From: an uncultured Methanosarcinales archaeon
GTDB lineage: Archaea; Nanobdellota; Nanobdellia; Woesearchaeales; GW2011-AR4
Assembly (NCBI GenBank): GCA_964524225.1
Contig: CAZGEW010000001.1
Span: 1-38,050, forward strand
Length of the DNA: 38,050 nucleotides
Direction of reading: 5' to 3'
Within the stretch, counting starts at the first letter, position 1. Every line of letters begins with the position of its first letter. The position numbers and the translations under genes are program-made. The notes beneath the pieces are model-generated. The model was not told the DNA's origin. It did no database searches and saw only the letters and a list, made by a program, of their open reading frames with translations. Positions 8,630 through 17,250 of this stretch are shown in pieces.

Positions 8630-9355
8630 TCACGCAATTAAACCTGCTAGTTCTAAAAAATTGTTAATTATTATACGTCCATTTCTTTGATACCCGGGTT
8701 TCAAAATTTGATAATCTTGTAATATTGTTGCTTTATCATATCCTAAAAACATTGTATCAGATCTTAACCAATTCCTGAGCATTGCAGACGTAATCTCAAG
8801 ATGCCCTTGTATACCATATGCTCTTTGCCCAACTTTAACCACTTGTGATTCTATTTGATATTCTCCATGACCTTTACCAAGTAAGGTTACCCCTTCTTTG
8901 AGGACTACAGTTTCTCCGTGCAGTTGAAAAATTGGAAATGGGCTGTTAACTCCTTTTAACAAATTCTCGTTTATTCCTTGCTCTGTGACTTCAACCTGGA
9001 AATAATTTCCATTTTTATCTCTACAACCAACCTCTTTAAAGTCTGCTTTTTGTACTAAACCACCAGCTACTTTGACTAATACCTGCTTTCCAAGACAAAT
9101 ACCAAGATATGCAACATTTTCTTCTAGGGTTTGCTCAACAAATTCCACTTCATTTTTCATTTCTTTATCATTTGCACTTTGAGGACCACCTAAAACTATA
9201 ACAGCAGAATACTCATTAGGATTTGGAAATCTCATACTACGAGAATGTGGATTATATGGTCTAATAGGAATCTTATACCCATCTAAAATAGTCTTTATCA
9301 AACCTGGACCTTCTCGATGTATATTTTTTATAACTAAAACTTCTCCTAAAGCCAT
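8630..9355 (-). CDS. Stand-alone class I glutamine amidotransferase-fold protein (241 aa)
   Basis: Nucleophile elbow YLGICLGKQV and a His-x-Glu pair in GIQGHLE. The start lies 1 nt after the atpA stop. Confidence 0.8.
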   Translation of the reverse strand: MALGEVLVIKNIHREGPGLIKTILDGYKIPIRPYNPHSRSMRFPNPNEYSAVIVLGGPQSANDKEMKNEVEFVEQTLEENVAYLGICLGKQVLVKVAGGLVQKADFKEVGCRDKNGNYFQVEVTEQGINENLLKGVNSPFPIFQLHGETVVLKEGVTLLGKGHGEYQIESQVVKVGQRAYGIQGHLEITSAMLRNWLRSDTMFLGYDKATILQDYQILKPGYQRNGRIIINNFLELAGLIA

Positions 9356-9356
9356 A

Positions 9357-12300
9357 TCAAACCCTCAACTCTTTTTCCATCTGCTTTGTGATTTCATCAA
9401 GCAACTTTTCATAATCCTCTATGAACTTCACCTCACTTAACTTGTCTTTTGCCTTTGTTGCGAGTATTTGATGCACTCTCATTCCACTGTCTAGTGCAGC
9501 ATTTGCCAACTTTGAAAAGTGAAGTATTGCTTTCATAATTGAATACGTTTTCTTTAAATCACAATATGTATCAACATCGTGATACGCATTCTGTTGTAAC
9601 AAAACCTCTCTGACCAACCTTGCAACTAGTAGCACTAACTGTTGCCTTTCTGGTAGTGCATCAGAACCAACCAACTGTACTATCTCAAGCAATTTATCCT
9701 CTTCTTGTAGTATACTCATTGTCTCTGTAACTAATTTGCGCCAGTCTAGTGCAACATTTTTTGCATACCATGGCTCGAGGGTATTTAGGTATAAAGAATA
9801 GGAAGTAAGCCAGTTTATAGCTGGAAAGTGCCTTCTTTGAGCTAACTTTGCGTCTAGAGCCCAGAAAACTTTTGTAACCCTTAAGGTGCCTTGAGTAACA
9901 GGCTCAGAAAAATCTCCGCCTGGAGGGCTAACAGCTCCGATAATGCTCACACTACCTACTTTTTTTATATCAAGCGGAATAACCCTGCCAGCTCTTTCAT
10001 AAAACTGTGCCAATCTTGTTGAAAGGTAAGCAGGATAGCCTTCTTCACCTGGCATTTCCTCCAACCTTGATGAAATCTCTCTCATTGCTTCTGCCCATCT
10101 TGAGGTGGAATCTGCCATTAATGCAACAGAATAACCCATGTCTCTAAAATATTCAGCGATTGTAACTCCTGTGTAAATACTAGCTTCTCTTGCCGCAACA
10201 GGCATATTGCTTGTATTTGCGATCAACACAGTTCTATTCATCAACGGTTCACCAGTTCTTGGGTCAGTTAATTCTGGGAATTCTGTAAGCACTTCTGTCA
10301 TTTCATTTCCTCTTTCGCCACAGCCGACATAAACTATGATATCAGCATCACTCCATTTTGCAAGTTGCTGCTGGCTTACAGTATTATGAAGAATCATTGG
10401 GGAATTACCACCAACAAAATTGTGCGTATTTGGAACGGTGATATCATATACATCTGTTTCACAATCCACAATATCAATACTTATAATTTCATCGCAGAAA
10501 ACATACTCAAGGGCATTTCTAAAATCTTGTAGATATTCGACATTGAGTAAATCAACAACTTTGGAAAAAGTCTGAACTGTTTGTTTACTGTTATGATAAT
10601 ATGTTGTTGTAGAAACTCCTTCTTTTTCAAGTAAATAAGGTTTTCTTTGCTCTAATATTTTTTTAAGCAGTCCAGAAGTTATTGGGACAATATCATTGCT
10701 GTTATAATAAAACTCCTTATCATAATAAGGCGCAAGCTTTATAGCCTCTCTTGGCGATATAAATAATCTGTAATATGTTCTGTTGTCTATTATTCTCTGG
10801 CTTAATCTATGCAATATGCCGAGTCTTAATAGCAGATAAGATAATCCATATTGCATCACTTTGCTTGCTGTGGTTACTTCTACCTCTTTTTTACCTATGT
10901 ATCCATCACAACTTATATACGCAATCAAAAAGCTATTAATTACAGAATCAGGTGACTTCATCAATATTGAAGGAACTTTAATAGTTCTTGATTTTTTATT
11001 TAATGGGTAGTCAACACTTTCTAAAATCTTGACTAATGCTTTGCTGCTTACTGCAACTGCTTCTACAGTTCTTGCATAATATTCCTTGGTTCTTAGTCCA
11101 AATAACTTTTGTGTTAAATAGGATACTCTGTCTCGTAATTGCTTTTTTTGATTAAAGAAATGCACTGACGAACCACCTTTTATCATACCATCAGACATTA
11201 AATAGCCAAGCAGCTCTGAAAAGTTTTCTGAGAAAGATTGAGGGATATTTACTATTGTAGAGTCTCTCTCAACTTTTATTTTTGTAATTTTTAAATCCTG
11301 ATTACTTAATTTATATAAGGATTGCACAAAGCTAAGAGTAGGGTGGTTTCTATTGTAATAAAAGTTCTGCAGCGTATGTTCAGGCACTCCAATATGCTCT
11401 GCCAACCTCTTTTTTGTGATACGAGTTTTTTCACAATGAGCATCTATTATATTAGGGATATTCCTTAAAATATCTTCATCACAAACCCTGCAAGCAAAAT
11501 TAATTGGAAAATTTTGGTATTCTGCCTCAACTCCGATTTCTCTTGGGGCTATTATAAAATCGCCTTCATTTAAGTTTTTAGCTTCTGTCTCCACAATATT
11601 TAAATTTTCATCAATTTTAAACAGCTTATGGATTGGTGTTACTTTTACTTTTCTTCCTGAGCTTGTTTTTATCTCAACTAATTGACTTGTTTTTCCTTTA
11701 TATACATGTGTTGCAACACTTTCTTCAATCTTATTTTTATTAAAAGTATATATGTTCAAGGGATATGTTAGCTCAATTAAGGTTTCGTATTCATTTGGTT
11801 TTATTATCTTATTTGTTTTGTTCACAGCACACGTCTCATACAGTTTCTTAATTTCTATTAACTCGTCATTTACAAAAATTAGCGTGTCTCCTGAAACACA
11901 TTTTCCCGCTCCAAACGGACCAGGAATTGCAGCAACCCCTCCTTTTGCTAAGGGGAACAGAGCATCAAAAATTCTCTGTCCTGTTATCAAAGGTGCTTCT
12001 GGTTTTAGCTTTGAACTTACTGGTCTTGCTACCCTTACAGGCCAATTGTGCTTTAGCTTAAGCTCGAACCCATTATCAAGTTTCCCAATAATATCGTTAA
12101 CAGTAAATTTTCCTGACTTTATTTCTGTAATTTTCCCTTTTTGATTTGGTGGAACAAGAACTTTGTGGATAATTCCTGGGTTTTCTTCAATTTCACCAAT
12201 AATTTGTCCAGAAACTACATTTTCACCGACTTTCACCGTCGCTTTAAAGTCCCATTTCTTAGTGTAATCTAGGCCAGGAGCATCAACACCTCTTTTGATG

Positions 12301-12599
12301 AAGTCACCCATCTGCTTAACTAAAACAGGCAATGGTCTTTGTATGCCATCATAAATGCTGCCAAGCATCCCAGGTCCAAGCTCAACTTTTAATGGCTCAC
12401 CTGTATTAATAACAGGCTCCCCTGGCTTTATTCCAGAAGTATCCTCATAAACTTGAATAATTGATTTCTTACCCTCAATCTGTATTACTTCTCCCATTAA
12501 ATTTTCATTCCCGACTCTACAAACATCGTACATCCTTGGCTTTATACCTTTAGCCACTACAACAGGACCTGCAATTCTATATAAAACTCCTATTTCCAT
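9357..12599 (-). CDS. atpA: A-type ATP synthase catalytic subunit A, interrupted by an intein (1080-aa precursor; 574-aa spliced extein)
   Basis: N-extein ends IPGPFGAGK. C-extein starts TVSQQQLAKWSDADIIVYVGCGERGNEM and continues with SRWAEAMREISSRLEEMPGEEGYPAYL and AVSPPGGDFSEPVTQ. All are canonical A-subunit blocks. Confidence 0.95.
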   Translation of the reverse strand: MEIGVLYRIAGPVVVAKGIKPRMYDVCRVGNENLMGEVIQIEGKKSIIQVYEDTSGIKPGEPVINTGEPLKVELGPGMLGSIYDGIQRPLPVLVKQMGDFIKRGVDAPGLDYTKKWDFKATVKVGENVVSGQIIGEIEENPGIIHKVLVPPNQKGKITEIKSGKFTVNDIIGKLDNGFELKLKHNWPVRVARPVSSKLKPEAPLITGQRIFDALFPLAKGGVAAIPGPFGAGKCVSGDTLIFVNDELIEIKKLYETCAVNKTNKIIKPNEYETLIELTYPLNIYTFNKNKIEESVATHVYKGKTSQLVEIKTSSGRKVKVTPIHKLFKIDENLNIVETEAKNLNEGDFIIAPREIGVEAEYQNFPINFACRVCDEDILRNIPNIIDAHCEKTRITKKRLAEHIGVPEHTLQNFYYNRNHPTLSFVQSLYKLSNQDLKITKIKVERDSTIVNIPQSFSENFSELLGYLMSDGMIKGGSSVHFFNQKKQLRDRVSYLTQKLFGLRTKEYYARTVEAVAVSSKALVKILESVDYPLNKKSRTIKVPSILMKSPDSVINSFLIAYISCDGYIGKKEVEVTTASKVMQYGLSYLLLRLGILHRLSQRIIDNRTYYRLFISPREAIKLAPYYDKEFYYNSNDIVPITSGLLKKILEQRKPYLLEKEGVSTTTYYHNSKQTVQTFSKVVDLLNVEYLQDFRNALEYVFCDEIISIDIVDCETDVYDITVPNTHNFVGGNSPMILHNTVSQQQLAKWSDADIIVYVGCGERGNEMTEVLTEFPELTDPRTGEPLMNRTVLIANTSNMPVAAREASIYTGVTIAEYFRDMGYSVALMADSTSRWAEAMREISSRLEEMPGEEGYPAYLSTRLAQFYERAGRVIPLDIKKVGSVSIIGAVSPPGGDFSEPVTQGTLRVTKVFWALDAKLAQRRHFPAINWLTSYSLYLNTLEPWYAKNVALDWRKLVTETMSILQEEDKLLEIVQLVGSDALPERQQLVLLVARLVREVLLQQNAYHDVDTYCDLKKTYSIMKAILHFSKLANAALDSGMRVHQILATKAKDKLSEVKFIEDYEKLLDEITKQMEKELRV
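10383..11900 (-). mobile_element. 506-aa intein with LAGLIDADG homing-endonuclease domain, inserted in the Walker A motif (GAGK|intein|T)
   Basis: Starts with Cys (CVSGDTLIFV, block A); TPIHKLF (block B, TxxH); LLGYLMSDGMIKGG and FLIAYISCDGYIGK (two LAGLIDADG motifs); VYDITVPNTHNFVGG (block F); ends MILHN followed by Thr +1. Codon check: 11898-11900 = TGT (Cys1), 10383-10385 = AAT (terminal Asn), 10380-10382 = ACT (Thr+1). Confidence 0.9.
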
Positions 12600-12889
12600 A
12601 AGTCAACTCCAATTGATTTTTTAATTAGCCTTTTCAAGCTATCTTGCTCATCTTTAGTTGAGAGTGGAATAAATACAGGCTCAACCGAAGCCTCAATAGC
12701 AGTTTTTTGATATATATCAAGACTGTCCATTATTTTTTCATCAACAACCACAATGCCAATATCTTTTTGGTTTTTTAATCGGTCGAGTTCGTTAAAGTAA
12801 TCGCCTGTAACTTCAATGACATCTCTGACACCAGCTAACTGAAATCCTACAACAAATTCACTTCCTCCAAGTACAGCTATTTTAACCAT
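12590..12889 (-). CDS. atpF: A-type ATP synthase subunit F
   Basis: MVKIAVLGGSEFVVGFQLAGV...IGIVVVDE is typical of subunit F. The track ORF starts at 12928, but those 13 extra codons are encoded by the 12899..12933 hairpin, so the ATG at 12889 is preferred. Confidence 0.85.
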   Translation of the reverse strand: MVKIAVLGGSEFVVGFQLAGVRDVIEVTGDYFNELDRLKNQKDIGIVVVDEKIMDSLDIYQKTAIEASVEPVFIPLSTKDEQDSLKRLIKKSIGVDLWK

Positions 12890-12898
12890 GTTGAAAAT

Positions 12899-12933
12899 AA
12901 AAAATGTCAATTGCTCTGCAATTGACATTTTTT
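12899..12933. terminator. Perfect 16-bp hairpin flanked by A6/T6: AAAAAATGTCAATTGC-tct-GCAATTGACATTTTTT
   Basis: Read directly. Lies between the atpC stop (12937) and the atpF start (12889). Confidence 0.5.
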
Positions 12934-12936
12934 ATA

Positions 12937-14025
12937 TTAATATACAAGTTGATTTTCTGTGAAATCTTCACTTAATCCGAGCTGTTTCCCTTTCACGATA
13001 ACCTTTAAGTTCCTTACTTCTATATCTTTTGCGAACATATAACCTAGTATAGTATCAATTGATAAAGGATGCTGATGCATAAACAAAATCGATTGCTTGA
13101 GAAGGTGCTTGTACATCTCTGTCTCTAATGCTATTAAAGAGCCTGTTCTTTTGAATTCTGTTATGCCCTCTAAAATAAGATTTTTGTACTCGGTTTTCTC
13201 AAATGCCTTAGAAAGTTGCTCTAAATCATCATGGGTTGCAAGATTCATAATCATGTTGTCTTTTATATTGTTGCCAGTGGTTATAACAAAATTCTTTATA
13301 ATGTCTTTACCGAACTTTGCTTTTTTCAGCCTCAACAACGTCAATATGTTCAGTATCTCAACTTCTTTCAGCAAGAAGTCCTTGAAAAGCTTCCCTTCTT
13401 TTGGCAAAATGCTTGAGAATTTGATTAGGTTAGTGTAATAATATTTATCTAATGTATTTTCAATCCCAACCAAACTGTTTTTCTCTGCTAATTCCTTCAG
13501 CCCATCTCTGAAGTAAGAAAAATCAATCATGTAATTATTTTTTAAAACCTCTTCTATGGATTCTTTTTTTAAAAGAGAAATTAAAAACTCGTAGCTTAAA
13601 GTACCTGCCGCTGTTAGTGAGTTAATTATCTGCCTTTCATCACTGTTTGTGAATTTCCCTCTTAAGATTGTCTTTATGTCTTCTATGTCTTTTCTTTTGG
13701 CATATTCACTTACCAATAATCCAAGTTCATAAGAGGATATCCTAATCAGCTTCTTGAAAGACTCTGCAAGATTTTTGTTTAATGCGAGCTCTAGCAGATC
13801 TGCTCCAGAGTAGCGAGTGGCAAGCTCATTAATTTCTTTTTTGTAATGTGACTCCTGCAAGAATCTTGCAATCTCGCTAAAACCCATCTTTAGCATTTTG
13901 GCATAATCTTCTTTCTTAAAGAGCAAAGCCCTCATCACCACAGTCCTTACATACGTGTAAGGGTAAAATCCAAGCTTGATTTTCTGTTCTGTTGATGGCT
14001 CTTTTAACTTTAGCATATTAACCAA
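12937..14025 (-). CDS. atpC: A-type ATP synthase subunit C
   Basis: 362-aa helical protein in the canonical position between atpE and atpF. N-terminal YPYTYVRTVVMRALL and C-terminal EVRNLKVIVKGK resemble the A/V-ATPase C(d) family. Overlaps atpE by 8 nt. Confidence 0.85.
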   Translation of the reverse strand: MVNMLKLKEPSTEQKIKLGFYPYTYVRTVVMRALLFKKEDYAKMLKMGFSEIARFLQESHYKKEINELATRYSGADLLELALNKNLAESFKKLIRISSYELGLLVSEYAKRKDIEDIKTILRGKFTNSDERQIINSLTAAGTLSYEFLISLLKKESIEEVLKNNYMIDFSYFRDGLKELAEKNSLVGIENTLDKYYYTNLIKFSSILPKEGKLFKDFLLKEVEILNILTLLRLKKAKFGKDIIKNFVITTGNNIKDNMIMNLATHDDLEQLSKAFEKTEYKNLILEGITEFKRTGSLIALETEMYKHLLKQSILFMHQHPLSIDTILGYMFAKDIEVRNLKVIVKGKQLGLSEDFTENQLVY

Positions 14026-14563
14026 ACAGTAACTTGTTTATATTTTGCAGCTCGCTTTCTTTTATGCTTTCTAGCAATGTATCAAAGCTGTAATCAACCC
14101 TTATTGTTCTTTCATTATTTTCAGCAATTAAGCCGCCGCTTATGTTAACTGTTTCTATTTTAAAGTCTTTAATGAATTTTGCATCTCTCTCGTTGCAGTT
14201 AACATAAGTTAAGTTGATATCCTCTTTTGCTTTTTCTAATAGTTTTTTTATGTAAACTTCCCTTTTCTTGTCTTCCAAAGCTTCAAGTTTTTTTCTTGCA
14301 GTTGCAAACACTGCTTCTATGAGCTGTTTTTTCGCTTCCAAAACCATTTTTTTGTTTTCAAGCTCTGCACTTGCTAATTCTTGCCTTTTGATAGTTTCTA
14401 TCATTCTTTTTGTCTCTGCTTCACTTATTTCTTTCATATCCTCAATCTTTTTTTCTGTTTCTCTTAGTATTTTATTTGCTTCTTTTCTGGCTTCTGCCAG
14501 TAAAGCAGATTCCTGCTCCCTAGCAGTTCTAATTACTTCTTCCTTTACTGCTTCCAGTTCCAT
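14018..14563 (-). CDS. atpE: A-type ATP synthase subunit E
   Basis: 181 aa with an N-terminal charged coiled coil (EEVIRTAREQESALLAEARKEANKIL) and a globular C-terminus, in the canonical operon position. Confidence 0.8.
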   Translation of the reverse strand: MELEAVKEEVIRTAREQESALLAEARKEANKILRETEKKIEDMKEISEAETKRMIETIKRQELASAELENKKMVLEAKKQLIEAVFATARKKLEALEDKKREVYIKKLLEKAKEDINLTYVNCNERDAKFIKDFKIETVNISGGLIAENNERTIRVDYSFDTLLESIKESELQNINKLLFG

Positions 14564-14569
14564 TTGTTC

Positions 14570-14800
14570 TTAGCCAGCTAATCTGATGATGAGAAATGCA
14601 ACCAACAGCCCAAATATTACAATTGTTTCGGGAATAACTGTTAGTATTAAGCCTCTACCAAACAGCTCTTCCTTTTCAGCCATTGCACCAACTGCAGCAA
14701 CACCAATTTCCTTTTCAGCCCAAGCTGCTGCAATTGCACTTGCACCAATAGCTGCTCCAGCAGCAAGCGCCACTAATCCCGTTCCTAAGTCAACTACCAT
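14570..14800 (-). CDS. atpK: A-type ATP synthase proteolipid subunit K (c), single hairpin, 76 aa
   Basis: Two Gly/Ala-rich TM helices (GLVALAAGAAIGASAIAAAWA ... LILTVIPETIVIFGLLVAFLI) with the conserved carboxylate (PET) in helix 2. Confidence 0.85.
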   Translation of the reverse strand: MVVDLGTGLVALAAGAAIGASAIAAAWAEKEIGVAAVGAMAEKEELFGRGLILTVIPETIVIFGLLVAFLIIRLAG

Positions 14801-14807
14801 TTTTCAA

Positions 14808-14813
14808 CCTCCT
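14808..14813 (-). promoter_or_regulatory. Shine-Dalgarno-like AGGAGG 7 nt upstream of the atpK ATG
   Basis: Plus strand reads cctcct at 14808-14813; the minus-strand mRNA reads AGGAGGUUGAAAAAUG. Confidence 0.45.
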
Positions 14814-14865
14814 ATTATTTTATTATTTTGATTTTGTTTTTATTATTTTTTATCGGTTCTATTTC

Positions 14866-16704
14866 TTAATCCTCTTTTAATCCAAACGGCTTGTACTTTT
14901 TAGCACCGCCATGGAAAAATTTTGAAAAAAACTCGACATAGTGTAGTCGTAAAGAGTGCAAGAAGCTTCCAAGCCATCCAATTAGGATATTAACTATGTG
15001 TCCAGTAACCAAAATAAGCACCCCAATTAATACAAAGACCCCTCCTTTGTGGAAGAACTCTTTTACAAATTCGTTGACTATCAAAGCCAGAATAACAGAG
15101 GACAAGCCAATAGCCGCTAATCTTACATAGGATAAAATGTTTGTAAATATAGTTGGAATCTCAATAAGTCCTCTAAAGCCCTCGCCTTTGAGCAGCATCA
15201 AAATAGATGCTACAAAAAATACTACCCCTATAATAGGGGAGATTGTAATTTTCTTAAGATAAGCCAAAGCAAGCATTGCAATTCCTAGTTCTAATAAAAT
15301 CCAGCTTGCTTTTGCATAAATCGCATGCATTAACCCATGACTCCTTAACTCGTTTACAAATCCAAGTATAAGCCCAAGATTTACATGTATTAGTCCTATA
15401 GCAATTGTTATAACCATTAGTTTTTCTGCACCATGCTCTCTGCTTACATAAGGATGATAAATCTCAAACCCTAAAAATTCTGCAAACACAAATCCAAACA
15501 ACATAGAGATAAAAGAAGCAAGCATTAGAATGTTAAAGAGGTTTTTTGCTTTAGGCATTTTTTTCTTTAGCAACCAGAAGAAAGCAAAGCTTATAAGTCC
15601 ATAGCCAATGTCACCAAGCATTATGCCGAAGAAGATAGGGAATGTGAGGAAAACGAAGAATGTAGGGTCAATCTCTTTGTAGGCTGGAACGCTGTAAATG
15701 TCAAGAAAAAACTCAAATGGCTTGATAAGTTTTGCATTTTTTAATTTTACAGGGACGTTATCCTTTTTCTTTGCAGGCTCGAAGTGCACAAACACCTTAT
15801 CTTTGCTTGCTTTGTTTAATCGTACTATTAATTTGCTCAAGTCATTATTTGGAACCCATCCTTTTACTAGGAAGCTACTCTGAGTTGATGCAAACTTCAA
15901 TGGCGCCTCTGCTTTTTCAAGCTGTTCTGTTAGGAAATAATCAGAGGCTATCAAAAATCCTGTATAGTCTTTTGCAAGCCTTTGGAGCTTGTTTTTCAGT
16001 TCCTCCTTTTTTACTTGAATTTTGCTGCTTTCTTCCTGAGCTTTCTTCAAGTTTTCAGATGCAGTTCCTTTAAGGTTAGCTATGTTAGTAAAATTAAATT
16101 GCATAAAGCCACTTTTTTGCAGTGCCTGAATTGCTTTTTCCTTAAGCTTTGCATCAACAAACAAGATAATGAAGTTTCTTTTTTTGGATTCAGAAGAGAA
16201 AAGCATAAAGTCCTTTATGGTTCTTGAGAGTTCATCTCTCAAAACATCAAAACTTGTTTTGATGTAGCCAGTGAAGTATTCTAGTGACTTGTAAGAGGTT
16301 AGATTTTCAAGAGGTAGATTAATGCCGTTTAAAATTTCAAGTTCCTGCATTAAAGCCCTGTTCCTTGAGAGCACTTCTTCTATTTTCTTCAATTCCTCTA
16401 ACGTTAATGTCACTTCTTTGCTTAATTTATTTACAGTTGGTTCAATCTCCAGTAAGCCCTTTTTCAGCTCAAACTTGGCTTCTTCTTTCTTTATGTTTAA
16501 TGCCGACATCAAGGCTCTTACCTTTACAAGAATCTCTGAAAATTTTGACGCACTTTCCAATGGAGTCCCTATGTCTGCCGTATCATTTTTTGTATGCTCC
16601 ACAATGTGGAGTACCTTTAAGTCATGCAATTCTTTTATTGTAGGCTCCTGCAAGCCTTTTGCTCCTGTTATAATCACGCTTGACATCTCATAAGGATTGA
16701 ACAT
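14866..16704 (-). CDS. atpI: A-type ATP synthase subunit I (a)
   Basis: 612 aa. Soluble N-terminal coiled-coil half and polytopic C-terminal half with SYVRLAAIGLSS (essential Arg helix) and LRLHYVEFFSKFF. Confidence 0.9.
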   Translation of the reverse strand: MFNPYEMSSVIITGAKGLQEPTIKELHDLKVLHIVEHTKNDTADIGTPLESASKFSEILVKVRALMSALNIKKEEAKFELKKGLLEIEPTVNKLSKEVTLTLEELKKIEEVLSRNRALMQELEILNGINLPLENLTSYKSLEYFTGYIKTSFDVLRDELSRTIKDFMLFSSESKKRNFIILFVDAKLKEKAIQALQKSGFMQFNFTNIANLKGTASENLKKAQEESSKIQVKKEELKNKLQRLAKDYTGFLIASDYFLTEQLEKAEAPLKFASTQSSFLVKGWVPNNDLSKLIVRLNKASKDKVFVHFEPAKKKDNVPVKLKNAKLIKPFEFFLDIYSVPAYKEIDPTFFVFLTFPIFFGIMLGDIGYGLISFAFFWLLKKKMPKAKNLFNILMLASFISMLFGFVFAEFLGFEIYHPYVSREHGAEKLMVITIAIGLIHVNLGLILGFVNELRSHGLMHAIYAKASWILLELGIAMLALAYLKKITISPIIGVVFFVASILMLLKGEGFRGLIEIPTIFTNILSYVRLAAIGLSSVILALIVNEFVKEFFHKGGVFVLIGVLILVTGHIVNILIGWLGSFLHSLRLHYVEFFSKFFHGGAKKYKPFGLKED

Positions 16705-17046
16705 CTAAACCATCTCTTCAAACTTCTTCATCACAAATTCTACTGATTTTGCTATGTTCTTTTCTGATTTTGCCTTTATCTGCTTTGCAATTAATCTTCC
16801 TTCTGCCAGCTTTTCTTCTTTTAGGAGTCTTGCCTTGTCCCTGAATTCAATCAGTTTTTTCTCCTGTGATTTTCTTATCTCTTCCTCCTTTATAGCTAAA
16901 AGCTTTGAAGAATTCCTTACTGCCTCACGGATTATTGCTTCTTTTTCGCTTTTTGCCATTTCTAGAATCTCTTCCGCCTTTTTTTCAGCTTCCTTAATCT
17001 CTCTTAAAATTTCAATTTCTTTTACATAAGTTTGGGTTACATCCAT
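16705..17046 (-). CDS. atpH: A-type ATP synthase subunit H
   Basis: 113-aa highly charged coiled coil. First gene of the cluster and abuts atpI with no spacer. Confidence 0.7.
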   Translation of the reverse strand: MDVTQTYVKEIEILREIKEAEKKAEEILEMAKSEKEAIIREAVRNSSKLLAIKEEEIRKSQEKKLIEFRDKARLLKEEKLAEGRLIAKQIKAKSEKNIAKSVEFVMKKFEEMV

Positions 17047-17070
17047 TTTGTCTCAAAAGAATCTAATAGG

Positions 17071-17083
17071 TATTTATAAATTT
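17071..17083 (-). promoter_or_regulatory. Putative TATA box (AAATTTATAAATA on the minus strand) about 27-30 nt upstream of the atpH ATG; candidate atp operon promoter
   Basis: Motif and spacing only. Confidence 0.4.
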
Positions 17084-17194
17084 GTTGTTAACCTTTATTA
17101 AATAAAAATTTAAATAAAAATTTTTAAAATAAACTACTTTCTCATTTGATTGTGTATTGATTGGGCTCGTAGCTCAGCTTGGAATTAGAGCGAT

Positions 17195-17219
17195 ATGTGT
17201 ACTATGTTAAACACGCTAA
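17195..17219 (+). other. Putative tRNA intron 1 (~25 nt) between the D-arm and the 5' strand of the anticodon stem (around positions 26-29)
   Basis: Removing ATGTGTACTATGTTAAACACGCTAA joins ..GAGC-G-AT to AGC-CTCCTAA-GCTGT, giving a 5-bp anticodon stem (AUAGC/GCUGU with one G-U). Exact junctions are ambiguous by 1-3 nt. Confidence 0.5.
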
Positions 17220-17250
17220 AGCCTCCTAAGCTGTAGGTCCTGGGTTCGAA

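Noticed and set aside
8630-9355. The stand-alone GATase-fold gene as the GuaA glutamine-amidotransferase subunit.
   Set aside because: Only the generic class-I GATase triad is visible, there is no ATP-pyrophosphatase partner nearby, and subfamily assignment needs a search.
12890-12928. N-terminal extensions of track ORFs: atpF from 12928, and the DUF2304-like ORF from 34250.
   Set aside because: The extra codons are encoded by the perfect hairpins, and downstream ATGs give family-typical N-termini. They are treated as non-coding structure.
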